Source: Blasia pusilla (lineage: Eukaryota). Taken from it: a DNA stretch of 64,000 nt. The translations under genes and the position numbers were made by a program. How positions within the stretch are numbered: the first letter of the stretch is position 1; the number at the start of each line of letters is the position of its first letter. The stretch lies in assembly GCA_050084515.1 (NCBI GenBank), contig CM114271.1, positions 28,458,001-28,522,000 of the forward strand. Direction: 5' to 3'. Shown here piece by piece: positions 50,027 to 63,239 of this stretch. Below the pieces are notes generated by a model. The model searched no databases. It saw nothing but the letters and a program-made list of their open reading frames with translations, and was not told the DNA's origin.

Positions 50027-53000
50027 ATCACCCCCCCTCTCAATATCCACTCTCATGTGGACTAATGTCTTGGATTGATGCCAGACACTTCAGATGTCGT
50101 TGAAGCTCATCTCTGCTCAAGGCTTTGGTGAATACGTTTGCACGGTTATCCTCTGTTGGACAATTGACTAACTTTAAAACCTCTCTCTCGATCAACTCTC
50201 AAACAAAATGATAGTGAATCTCTATGTGCTTTATACAAGCATGAAACAAACGATTATGTGCTATGGAAATGCAACTCTAATTGTCACACCACATTACAGT
50301 AACACTTTGTGGTGCTTCTCCTATGTCTTCCAATATCTATCTCAACCATACTACTTCACAAGAAGCATAACAAGCCGCCTTGTACTCTGCCTTGGTAGAA
50401 CAAAGAGCCACTGTAGGTTTCTTCTTGCTGACCCATGATACCACACCTAATCCTACCAAGAAAAAATTAATACTAATACCTCCATTAGCGAGACCACTAT
50501 CTTACACTCGGTCATCCTGAATCCCTTCAAAATTTCTCTAGCATACTTTTGCTGAGATAGAAAAATAGAATCGGACTGTTGTCAAATCTCCAAGCCTATA
50601 AAGTAGTGCCAAAGGCCTAAATCTGACATTTCAAACTCAGATTTCAATACTTCCTTCATTTCCTCTATTTTCTTACTGTGGTCTCCTGTCATGATAAGAT
50701 CATCAACATAAATGACTATCACCATATATATCCCATCTTTGCAAAACACATACAAATTTGCTTCTGATAGACTTTTGATGAGACCCCTCTCTCGGAAGAA
50801 TGTATCTATTCGTTAATACCATACCCTTGAGGGCTTCCTTCAACCCTTACAATGCTCGATGAAGCGAACACACTTTCTCTTCTAATCTGAGTTTCTCAAA
50901 ACCTAGTGGTTGAGATATATATACCTTCTCCTTGAGACTCCCGTTCAAAAATACAGACTTAACATCGTGTTGGTATACAAGCCAACGTCTTGTTCCCGCC
51001 ATCGCTAGAACAATTCGAATGGTTTTCATCCTTGCAATAGGAGCAAAAGTCTCATAGTAAGAAAAATCTTTGATTTGTGAACATCCTTGTGCAACCAAAA
51101 TTGCTTTGAGTTTATCCAATGTATCATTGGACTTGTACTTGGTCGTGTACACCCATTTGGTGCGTAGTATCTTCTCGTCTTTTGGGTTTTCAACCAAAGT
51201 CCAAGTTTGATTTCTTTGAATAGCGTCCATCTCTAACTGCATGGCCTCTCTCCATTGAGGATGAGCAAGGGCCTTATCCAAGCATGATGGCTCTTCCACC
51301 TTCAAGACCTCTATCATCAAGGCCATGTTCATGAGATGTGCGGAAGCTCTATTCTACTCCTCTAGTCTCTTGGATCTCCTAGGATGTGTAGCAACTTCAT
51401 CAATTGCTGGTGGATCCTTACCATCCAAGAGTTGCTTAATCCACTTAGGGTATGACAAAAGTAGTGGAAGAGTAGGTTGTTGTTTGTAATCATCACCAAA
51501 TTCTTCTTCTTAATGATCCAATGTAAACATTGATCATGTGCTCTAGTAGGTTATCTCTTTTTTTGATGATAATGTGGATGGACCACTGATATTCGCCACT
51601 TGATGAGGATGCTCCTTAAACACCACATCACGACTCACAATCATCTTCTTTTCCTCAAGAAACCCTAGGCAATAAGCTTTAGACTCATCATTGTATCCCA
51701 TAAAGATGCACTTCTTGCTCTTGGACTCGAGCTTAGTCCTGGATGTATTAGGAATACGTACAAAGCACTCACTACCAAAAGTCCTGAAGTGTTGGACTGA
51801 TGGTACCTTACTTGAGTATGCTTGATGAGGAGGCATGCCTTGCACTGATTTGGTAGCAATTCTATTTAGAATGTAAACAACAGTATTAACGGCTTCAACC
51901 CAAAATCCTTCTATCAAACCTTTTGCTTGCATCATTCATCTTGCCATCTTCATCAATGTACGGTTTCAACACTGAACAACTCCATTTTGTTGTGATGTAT
52001 GTGCCATGGTTAAGTGTCGCTTGATTCCATTCTCCCCTAAATATTTGTTGAATTTTGTTGATAAGAATTCTCCTCCTTGATCGGTGCGAAGCTTCTATAC
52101 CTTCTTTCTTATCTCATTCTCAACCAGCTTGTGTCATACTTTAAATTTTCCAAAACACTTGCCTTATCACGAAGGAAGTACATCCACATCTTCCTACTAT
52201 AATCGTCGACAATAGAAAAGAAGTAGGAAGAACCACCTAATGCCATTGTTTGCATTTTACCATAGGTCAACATGTATAAGCTCTAGAGGAGCCTTTGCTT
52301 TATTGTTGAACTCTTGTGGAAATGATTGTCGGTGTTGCTTGCCCATCATACAAGCTTCAGATGTATTTGACACTCCATAAATTGTTGGTAAATCAACGAC
52401 CATGCCAGATTTCTGCATCTGACTCAGTAAGGGAAAGCTTAGGTGGCCAAATCTTTCATGCCCTAACTTACTACTATCAAGATTGATACCTACACTTTTT
52501 GTGAAAGCATACAACTCGTAGATATTTCCACAATATATATACCTTCATCCACTACTTTCCAATCGGCATCCTCAATGACTGCTCCAAATTTCTTGAAACG
52601 AACTTCTAAGTTGCAATCACATAATACAACTACTGAAAGAAAATTGCGCTTTAACTCTAGTACGTACAGTACATCAGTTAACTTCTTTTCATCTACTTTT
52701 TGTTAGACTAAATAAATTGTGTCTTTCCCTTCTAGAGGGCACTTTGCATTACTCCCAACAATAACAACGACGAACTCCTATAGAGGCTGTAAGGAGCTAT
52801 ACTAATCCTTATGATTGGTCATATGCCTAGATGCTCCACTATTGAGCACCCATGCATCTTCACTCTTTAACTTAGTGGAATTTTCTGCTTATATACAAAA
52901 ATCTTTGATTGCTACCCAAGCATCTATCTCATGTTCTCCTAGTTCTACAGAATTTCCAAACTCTTTCCTATGTCTTAAGCAATCGTTCTTCTTATCCTGG

Positions 53001-53812
53001 CTCCTATTTCTACAATCTTTGATTAGATGACCTAGCTTACCACAATAAAATCATTTTAAGGCTTTCTTTGGAGACTTATTTTTGACATATGAAGTGTAAT
53101 CATGATTTCTACCTCTCTATACGCTGGTAATAAATGTTGCATCTCTTCCCTCTCTTGCTTTGAATCGCATTTCCTCTTCTATCAATATCACAGTAAATTA
53201 TTTAAAAGTAAGGGGCGTGGGTCTTACTTGAGTATTCAATGCAATGACCATGCCAAATATTCTCTAGACTTTGAAATTCCTACGGCTGCCATCTAATCTT
53301 GAAGATTCTTGATCCTCGTAAAAAATTGCTCCGTGCTTTCTCCTTCTGAAAAGTTCTCGGATTGTCCAGATTCTAAATCTGAGTCTCATTCCTGGTTTTA
53401 TATTGATTCTTCAGAGTGTTCCATGCCTTAGTAGTAATGGTCGTATGTTGAGTGAGAGTCATGACAGAATCAATTACATTCAAAATAATCGCATATAGAG
53501 CATCAGCGTTTCTACGTTTACACGCCAACAATACAACATGAGTGATATCACCATATGAAGATGAACATGTAGAACTCAAAGTAGCTTGTGGATTTGAATC
53601 AATCCCTGTGGCTGTCTCTCAAATCTCAAATGATTCGAGGAAAATTATCATTTTGAACTTCCACAATGTATAGTTAGACCCATCTAACTTCCCTTCACAC
53701 AGCGGAGGAGAGCGACAAAAAACTGACAAAAAATAGCCATCTCTCAAGAATTTGCGCAAACACACTAGATCGCCACATACAAATTATTAGAAAACCTATA
53801 GCTTTGATAACA

Positions 53813-54197
53813 TATGAGAAAACAGAATATGACAAAATCAATGGAATCTGTTACAAATCTTGAAGATACAAAGTGGCCTAGTCCGTCCGTGCGCTCATAG
53901 AAGAGCTTCGATGTAAACTGAACATGGAGATTATTGACATACGAAGCTACGGCTCCTCACTATTTCACTACTCAAGAAACTAGGGTTTTTTACCTACATT
54001 TCCTTATTTTTATTTATAGAAAATTTTTGTACAATTTATAAGGTTATATAATCCTAGTAACGCTACTCCATAACATATGTCATATTATTATGACTCCTTC
54101 GAGACCTAAGTCGGAATCATCAATCTAGGATTCTCCTTATACAAGGAGGCTGATCATATTTATGATATTGAGAGAAGTGGATGTTGAGAATCCAACA
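53813..54197 (-). repeat. Copia 5' LTR
   Basis: Plus strand TATGAGAA...GAATCCAACA; adjacent to the PBS. Confidence 0.93.
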
Positions 54198-56836
54198 TAT
54201 CCATCCATATGGTTGTTTGAAATTTCATGCAAAAACATTTCCACGGATGTTGGATTAAGGCTTGACTAGTCATAAATCCCAATGAATCACCATGTATGGT
54301 CATTGTCTTTTAGTTATCAAAGATGTATTTATTATTGGACTAATGTATTTAATGCTCTCAAGAGTGACATCAAGAAACAATATGAGAATTCTTGGAGCTT
54401 CATCTCTTAAGGATTTCATAGTTTATGAATGATGAGTATGAAATGTCATTCCTTGATATTCATAGCTTTTTGGAAGTGCACCTTTTAGATTTTCAATCAG
54501 GTTTTTAGATGCGAGTCTACATCCAAGGCTCCTCTATCGTCACACATAAAAAAGAATGGTCATTCAAGACGTTCAGTCTACCTCTACCTCAGTTGATAAC
54601 ACAATATTAAGTAAGGATGATCAATTGATTCTATTTTTTTCTTCAAATAACTCAAATTTGTCTTTCAAATCCACACAAACATTTGTGATAGAACCATTAC
54701 CAAATGATGTAACTTTCAAGTAAAAAAATAGTTTCCCAAAAAATTATGTTTGTAGTTGTTCTTTGTTTGTATATGTAATACACTAATTTCATTACATCTA
54801 TTAGGGTCCAACATCTATCATTGACTCCACTCAAATGCTTCTTAAAGATATTCCAAGTGAGGGTGCTAATGGAAGAAGGCCCTTATGTGGGTTAAGGGTA
54901 CTCATGCACTCAATTAAGTATTCTTGTTTCCAATCCGCAAGATTGCTTAGTACATCTTTTTAACAGGAACCGTTTGTGCACGGAGAGGATCGTTTGCTTA
55001 TGGGGTCATTCACTCCATGAAGAGCGAGCTAGCTATAGCTTGATCACAGCGGAACGATGGAGTAGAGAGTGTTGATCGGAGGGAGGCAGAAGCTATGGAT
55101 TTTGTAGAAGGCTAGATCATGAATCTCATTATGTCTTCTAGTGACCACTACTGTTGGGGTTGTGACTGGAGTTTGGTGCATGCAGAGACAAGCTCAATCA
55201 GTCCTATAGTAGTTGTGGAGTAGGAAGCAAACAAGAGCACAACACTGTGCGCAATGCCCGTAGAAAGATGGCTAAGGGGGAGACCGAGAGGATTGATTGC
55301 TCCCTGATTTCATTGGTTGATTAATTGAGAGACTAAGTGATTGGGTGATTGGCGAAGAGGAAAGTAGCTACCGCCATATTGAGAAGCCATGGGTTGCTTC
55401 TTTACAGTACAGGGGCAAGGTCACATGGGCCAATCAGTATGAGGAAAAATCTTTGGGGCAGTAGCGTGCACCTTAGTTGGTTGTGCAATCTTCACATCTC
55501 TGACCCAATTGTAGACATTTAGTGAAGTGTGTAAAGCGTTGAGTGCCCATGGGGCGAAGAGTAGCAGTGGTGTGTCCGAGCCTGTTGTTGAAGCCAAATC
55601 TGCTCGAAAGGCCATAATTGAGAACATTTTTAGGCTTTGCGGCCACAACAGAGAGGTTGTTGCTTGTAGCACACTAGGAGTGGAGTCCCTATCTCCAAAA
55701 GTCCCCTATTTGGGAGGGCAAGTCCAGACCCATACGGTTCTGCTTCACACGTTGTAAGGGAACTATACTCTACCTTTGACTCCATCTCACCATTCTCTCC
55801 TCCTCACCAAGAGCTTCCCCGTTTAGCAATCCCTATTCCCATTCATTCAGAGAAATCGATCCCACCTGTCCACAAAAGTCGGATTCCCCAGCAAGACATC
55901 GCAAGTTCAGGAATGGGAACCCCTTCATACACCAGAAGCAGAACGATATGGGAACATCTAAGAAAATGCAAGGAGTGATTTCCTCAAATCCTGAGACAAC
56001 GTCTAGGGTGTCGGCCTCGCAGGGGTATTCAGTTATAGCTATGGCCAATGTGTACTACGCAGACGAGAACATGCCGATCAGCAATGTGGCTAGAGGATGC
56101 GAATCGCCCATGCCATTGCTCTGCAATGTGTACGTGCAATGTGTACGTGAAGTGGGAGTCCTCACAAGAGGTCACTTCTAGCAAGCTCATATGCGTGTTG
56201 AAGATCGCCAAGGGAGCTTGCCTTGCGGATTTGAGAAGGGTTTAGGGTTTAGCCACAGACGATCTTGAAACATATGAGCTAGGGTCCAGAGAGACTTGCT
56301 CCCTTGAGAGAATGCTTACCGTTAGAATAGAGGTTCGCTCTTGAAGAGCAAAAACGCAAGTGAATACGGGGCGGGGAGTTAGCAAGACAAGTCTTACCGG
56401 GCATGCAGCGGAGACAACAACACAAGTGTATGATCCGAGTGAGTGTAGTTTTAACTCAATCGTCAATTTCTGCATTGGTGTGTGATCTGCATTGCAGAGC
56501 GCACCTTTTTCAAGTAACCGAAGGTATTTCTTAGGTAGGTCGTCTCCTGGAGACAGCAAGGGAATAACTAGGAACAGAGAAGTACTTACTCAAAGGTGTT
56601 GCAACTGCTGATTCGCTCTGCTCAAAGTGTCTCCTATGTCCAATCTCCGAGAAGAGTAGACACTCTTGAATATCAATTCCCTTCTCATCGATGTGAAAGC
56701 GTTACCAAATCTGGCTCCAGAGAGCATGGGGAGATTAATGCACTCAAGTCCGAAGTCCGCATTACTATACTAACTTTCTGCTGATTGAGTCGTGTAAAAA
56801 TTATTAAAATTCTACTTTTTTATGTAAAATTTGATA

Positions 56837-56865
56837 CCGATCCATTGCATGAGCATTCTTACTAG
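56837..56865 (+). mobile_element. Probable degenerate Helitron 3' end (hairpin remnant and CTAG|T)
   Basis: CCGATCCATTGCATGAGCATTCTTACTAG followed by T resembles the typical hairpin + CTRR Helitron terminus. Confidence 0.5.
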
Positions 56866-59502
56866 TTAGTATATCTATACTATAATGTGAGGAGGGGGGG
56901 GGGGTTACTTCTTTTGGTAACTCCCCGTTCCCAAAGAAGTGAAGCTCCTCCACAAGTGGTCGTCTGAAATGTCCTCTTGTGAGAAAAAGTTAAAAAGATT
57001 TGCCTTAGATTTTATTCAGAAGGCCATCTATTTGAACGAGGTGAGAAGCCGCCTTATTTTTAACCGAGGAGGGGGGGTTACTAAAAAGGGAAAAAAGAAA
57101 GTGAATCTTATGAGGGTGTTGGGTTTTTCTTTTCACAGTCTTTTTTTCGACCATCTGTATTCGATCTCGGCCTATTTCTATTGATATCAGATCTCGCATT
57201 ATGCTCTAATCGTGCCTTGCTTGGCATTTGTTTGAGACATCTAGCACATAAGTATTGAAGGCTCTGGAAAAACATAGTAAGCACCTGTTACGTGGAGACA
57301 CATGCTGACGTTCGGAATTTTTGAATGGAGTTAAGTATTTGCTACTTCCCTCTCCCCTCTAAAGAGGCGCGCCAAGTAGGAAGGAGCGGGGAGAAGATCC
57401 AAGCAAGAAGCGGGGAGGGGGAGGATGATCCGAGCATCGAGTGTTTGAATGTGCAGCCTGTCGATTCGCTTATTTTTTGAAATTGCACCCTGTCAAATTT
57501 CCCTCAATGTGTAGCACGTCCGCCTCAACTCTATAGCCCGTCCGCTTCAAATCTGCAGCACGTCCACTTCAAATGTGAATATGCTATAGCATTCATCACA
57601 ATATTGATCGCATTGTGATCACGGTAAGAAGGATTCCGGTCCTCCTCTCTCTTTCTGCATTTATGGATAACTCTGGGGTAAACTTTCGTGAGAATCCCGG
57701 AAAGGAAATACCTTCACATCACTCTGCTGCCAATGCTAAAGCTGTGCACTTGGGCCACGACAAGAAGAGAGAGAACTCAGTCAGAGTAGCAAAACTCGGA
57801 GCAGACAATCGTGGCACACGGTTGTTTCGCTTTCTGTTCACTTGATTGTTCAACAACAATCAAGTGAACTTTTGCTTTCCATCCTTTTCATCGACCCCAA
57901 TTTCTAAAATCATGGTTCCTTTTGTGCTCTCCTCATTGACCTCCTTTCTTGTGAAAATGGGCTCGCTCGTGACATCATCCATTGATGATGATCTCGATTT
58001 GTTTCGAGGAAATTCACCCGCAGCCCTTGCCGGGCAGTTTGTCAAATTAGCGGTCTTATTAGTCAAGCCTGAACTGCTGAGGTCAGAGTTGAAATTCTTT
58101 CGGGTAATTTTAAGAATCAGGAAGAGTCAGAGATAGATAATGAGTGGACGTCACGGGATTTATGCGTATCTGCCACGCAGTTTATGGAGCTGACGTTGAT
58201 CACCACGGCAATGTAGAGATCCCACGGCGACTCCTGTATTACTCTGATATTATTGGGTTCGTATTCACCCAGGCTGGGATTCTAGAAATTGACCCTGGTT
58301 TTCCGTTGAAGTAGACTCAGTAGAGTGCGGATGCTGGTTAGATCGAGCTTGGTTGGTGGCTTGGGCACCGAGGTCTTCACTTTCAATCTTGGAAGGGTGT
58401 TGCTTTTCTCCGCGTCGAATTGTTTCAAGCTCTGCTCAGGACTGTACACCACAAACTCCTTGGTGTCCATACCTGCCTGCTCAAAAGTCAGCGTCGACAT
58501 GAATACTTGTACAATGTGCTGCTTCCAGTTGATCAAATGCGAACACCTCGAAGTATTGAAAGACACTTCAAATTCGCGGAAAACCACTCTCAATTTCTAA
58601 ACTCTCTGCTGTCCGGAGACCTGTTTCCCTGCAAAACCTAGATTCACGGATCTACCACGAGTGTCCGATCCATAGACCGAGGAATTGGAAGAACTAGACT
58701 GGACTGGAGAAGCTTCTTCAAGACCGGTGAAGCTCCACCGGATGCACACTATGGAAATGGAAGGAGTTTGCAGCAGAGACAAGCTTATCGCTGATTGCTG
58801 GCGACCGTTTGGCAAGGAAGGCTTCTGAGAGCTCATACCTTCTGTGACTAGCGAGAGAGATTTAAACACTGGATTCAGATAACGACTCCAGACTTCACGC
58901 CCAATATAAAGCCTTCCAAACGCGAGCGCTCCCACTTGTTTTGGAAAGACAGGGGACACGTTGCAACCAACACCGCCGGCGCCACCTAATTAAACGATAA
59001 AGTTTGCTTTTCGTCTATAATACGTGTAAGCATCTATCGTTCAAACATACCACTTTGTGAGCTTTTCATGTACAAATTTGCCCACTTTCCCGAGTATGTC
59101 TGCACTCAAGTCAGAAGCCTCTCCCGTCTTCTCTCCTTTTTTATCGCGTCTTTCTCTATCCTATCTCTCTCTCTTCGTCTTTGGACAACATTTTTATTTT
59201 TGTGCACAGGCTCCTCCTCCAGCTTCGATCTTCTCTTGTGGCTAGCTGCAACGGACGTCTGACCCACGTACCTCTACCACATGCCCATGTTTTTGGTGAC
59301 TACATGTAGGGTCTTAATTTATCTTACGTTGCTTAGGCGTTTTTGTCCATCCCCTGAGTGGATGCGTTGGAGCTCCTTAGGCATTTTCATCCGTCCTCTG
59401 AGTTGGAGCTCAGCTTCTCTCAACTGTTGGATTCTTATTTGCTTCTGTCTATGCAAACGAAATAGAGGAAGAGTAATGTTCCTTCGTCATTTTCGACCGT
59501 CA

Positions 59503-59735
59503 TGTGAGTTGGATCTCTGCTTCTCTCAGCTGCTCGAACAAAATAGAGGCGTTTTTGTTGTCCTATGAGTGGGGATGCTGTGAGTTGGATCTCCGCTTCT
59601 CTCAGCTGTTTTTGCTGTCCTATGAGTGGGGATGATGTGAATTGGATCTCCGCTTCTCTTAGCTGCTCGAACGAAATAGAGGCATTTTTGTTGTCCTATG
59701 AGTGGAGATGCTGTGAGTTGGATCTTCACTTCTCG
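59503..59735. repeat. Tandem repeats of 57-76 bp units, ~4 cores
   Basis: GTGA(G/A)TTGGATCT..GCTTCTC core and GTCCTATGAGTGG repeated. Confidence 0.85.
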
Positions 59736-62700
59736 CAGCACAACAGCTTCTTGGGAGAGCCGCTCCCACAAAGAGCAATGAGCCAAGTCAAGAGGAAAAG
59801 CCAATTGCGTCAGCAGCGGGTTTCGATCCCCGCCCACTTGATTCGAAGCCAACGACCCGGCCCTACTGACGTAGGCCTCCTAGATGTTTGGGAACAGGGG
59901 GATTCCAGATTTTATTTATGAAAATAGTTTTTTTCGTGCCCAAATCTTGTTCTCTTACAAATATCATAGGCTTTTTTTTAGGTGAGCTTTATGAAATTAT
60001 AGTTACGTTTTTCTTACTTGAAATATCTAATTTATATTGATAATTTAATCTGCTCTTGTTAAATTTGCAATGTCGGATTGAGCCTAACTTACGCCATGTC
60101 AACTCTCTCATTGAGCTACAAGAGGCCGTTAATTGTGAAAGAAATTGTAATAATTACGAGTCATGAATATGTGGTAGAGAGAGATGAGCATAGATTTTCA
60201 TTATTTTGCTCACAACGAAAACGAAAATTGTTTGATGTGGACTCTAAATTTTCTGCTGCTATTTCAACTGGTTTCAATGAGACTGAGGAGGTTAGAGAAG
60301 TCTAAATAGGCCAGGAAATTTTGATTACTCTCAATAGTAATAAGAGTTACTCTATAGATAGTTGCCCTCTTGAAGATCTTGACAATGGGGAATATTCTTC
60401 TACTTCCCTCTATGATTCAGAGGGTTGGTATGTTGGTGATGAGTTCGACCTGGAATATAGGCGTGTGGATTATGCGGATTTAGACATTAGTGACGATAGT
60501 CGAGATATTGGAGATAAGTAGCCAAAAGAGTACTATATATTGTTTATATTCAATTAATCATCAAAAAACCATCTTCGTTTTGTTTTCAGATATGTCTGTT
60601 TGAGATTGCTGAGTTGAGCAAACGATCAAGTTTCATTTCTTTGGGAGTGGAGTGACTCAAACAAGTAAGTCTTCTCTGCTTTTGTACTAATATTCATGTG
60701 TGGAAATTTAGTATCCTTTTCTATTGAGTATTTATTTTATTATTTTAAAATATTTATTTTATTAAAATAATTGTATGGATAATGCAAGATACTCTATAAA
60801 TGAGTGTTGAAGATTTACGCTTTAGCGATGGTGAGTTCTACGTTCCTCTTGATGAACAAGAAAGGGATTATACACCTATAGATGTCGACATCGTAGAGGT
60901 AATACAAATAGCAAGTCCGGAGTATGTTCCATCGCCGATCATTGAAAATAGGAATAATGCTTCAAGTCCTGGCTATGTTCCATGGCCGATTTTTGAAAAC
61001 AGGGATAAGGCTTCAAGTCCTAGCTATGTACCATTGCCGATTTTTGAAAATGGGATTAATGCTCCTAATGTTAGTATTAGCCCTTTGAGAAATGATCAGA
61101 GTTGTAGTTATGATGAGAGTGCATAAAGGATTTTACCGCGCCTGTGGTGAATCATCATTCTATTTCACAAGGAGTAGTTGGAGGTCATGAGGGAGAAGAA
61201 GATACAGATTCCACACATGATTGCATCCCTTCCTCGGACCCTATAGCATCTAGCCATTCATTGTTGCGGGTCGGGTCATGTGATTGTTGCGGGTCGGGGT
61301 CATGGGAAATTGGTGATTGTCATACAATTTGCTCGGAGGACTCAAGTGAGATGAGTACGGCTGAGTCTCACTGCCCGTTAGAATGATTTTCCCATTTCAG
61401 ATTTTTCTTAAAACTTAAGTTATGTGTTGCTCTATTTTTTATATAGAATATAATATTCACATACCAAGACTTGAGTTTAAGCTTTTTTGCAACAAAAAAT
61501 TCTTATTTTTTCTAATATTTTTTGATATATTGTCAATACATATTTTTCTTGGATGGTTGATTTTGTCACAAGATGGATGAATCTCAAGAGGAACCATCGA
61601 GGCGGAATGAAAAAAGACCATTCGCAGACATCACCAATGTAGTCTTTTTACCTAATGTGGAGCATGATCATCACATTTCATGTAGTCCACCATCTTCTAA
61701 GCGGATTTCGGAGGAAATAGAGAAGCTTGCATATAAGAAGGCTAGAAGGGTTGCATCTCAAAGAAACAAAAGGGCGCTTCAAGATATGCGATTTGTAACT
61801 CATTCAACGACTTTGTCATCTCCACTATAAGGATGCTTTGCATTATGATTATATAATGATATCGTAACCATATGTGCTCACTCTAGATTTGTTGTGTGAC
61901 TTTCATATCTTTCATGTTTGTGCTATAGACTTCCAAATCCATCGAACCCGCAACGGTTACGTGATATACATCAAATTGTGAGAGCTCAAGGACAAAAGCG
62001 AAGACATGCTAAATTAGTTCAATTGAGATCTACTGAAGCTATTGTGAATGTTCCTTCGATGGAAGAATTACAACCACCCATTATCGATGACTCATCTGCC
62101 ACAAATAGTAGAAGGTATTTATTTATGTATAACATTTCTACCTTTTCTTATAAATATATTTAGAATTATATTTCCTATTTTGACTTTTCTTATTCTTTGT
62201 CCAGGTTGGGAGCAACACCTACCAATGGAAATCTTCATGCTTCAATAGACACTACATCATCTCCCATGTATGTTTCTTCCACTTATTAATTTCTTATTTT
62301 TTATTGGTCTTTTTTGAAGTTGAATTTTTTTCTATAATTATTATGACTTGATTTTTATAAATATTTTTTTCTCAGTCTTCCACTTCCGTCCAACCCCCGA
62401 GGATTACATGCTATGCTTCAAGTTGCACGAGCACAATGCTAGAGAAGGAGGCACAATCTTCTTCCTACAGAAGAAGTCAAGGCCATGACTACTAATGACT
62501 TTCATGCTCAAGCTTATATAAGGTATGCTTAAATTTATAAGGTGGTCTTAAATTTTTATGAATGATTTCTAATAACAACATTTTATGCAGGCCAATATTG
62601 GTACATCATGAAGTTGAAGCTATTCCAAACTCTAGGATTGTGGTTGTACCATCTCCAATGTATATTTCCAAATTATATACTCAAATTATAATATAGATAT

Positions 62701-62847
62701 GTTTGTATGTATATTTATTTTTATTATAATCATATATATTAATTTCTTAACCTCTACTTGCAGTCTTCCAGTTCCTACCAATACTCTACAATTATGTCAC
62801 ATGCGTCAAGTAGCTCCAGTTGAGGGCCAAAGAAGAAGACGTGCTCA

Positions 62848-63117
62848 TTTGGATAAAGTACATGAGTTTACAGATGTTGGCGATCCGTTGATAAGGAGTG
62901 ATGCCAATGGATCTAATCGTGAAGGCCACATGGAAGTGAATGAAGACAATGTACATGCCTCGATTCCAAATGTGGGATCTTTTTTGGATGAAGTACATGA
63001 GATTGCACATGTTGGCGATCTGCTGATAAGGAGTGATGCCATTGGAGCCAATTGTGAAGGCCACCTGGAAGGAAATGAAGACAATGTACATGTCTCAATT
63101 CCAAATGTGGGATCCAG
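62848..63117 (+). repeat. 135-bp (45 aa) in-frame tandem duplication
   Basis: LDKVHEFTDVGDPLIRSD...SIPNVGS followed by LDEVHEIAHVGDLLIRSD...SIPNVGS. Confidence 0.9.
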
Positions 63118-63239
63118 AAGGGTTGTGAACTTGAAAAAGTTGCTTAATATTGCACGTATTCCTAACTTTGAAGAAAAGCACATTCGAATTCTTAGGTTGG
63201 GAGACCATATTGATAGTATGACTGGCCATTTTAGTGTTG

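Larger units (their letters stand above)
49626..54197 (-). mobile_element. Full-length Ty1/Copia LTR retrotransposon, decayed, TSD TATCC
   Basis: LTRs at 49626-50026 and 53813-54197. TATCC at both 49621-49625 and 54198-54202. Degenerate Met-type PBS at 53801-53812 and PPT at 50027-50041. Order gag - PR - INT (HERFGH, PLELIHVDLW, WVEAVNT) - RT (KWVY, ETFAP, DVKSVFLNG, YVDD) - RNase H. Confidence 0.96.

Noticed and set aside
54960-56780. Possible degraded gene on the minus strand
   Set aside because: Fragmented frames with no motif I can identify.
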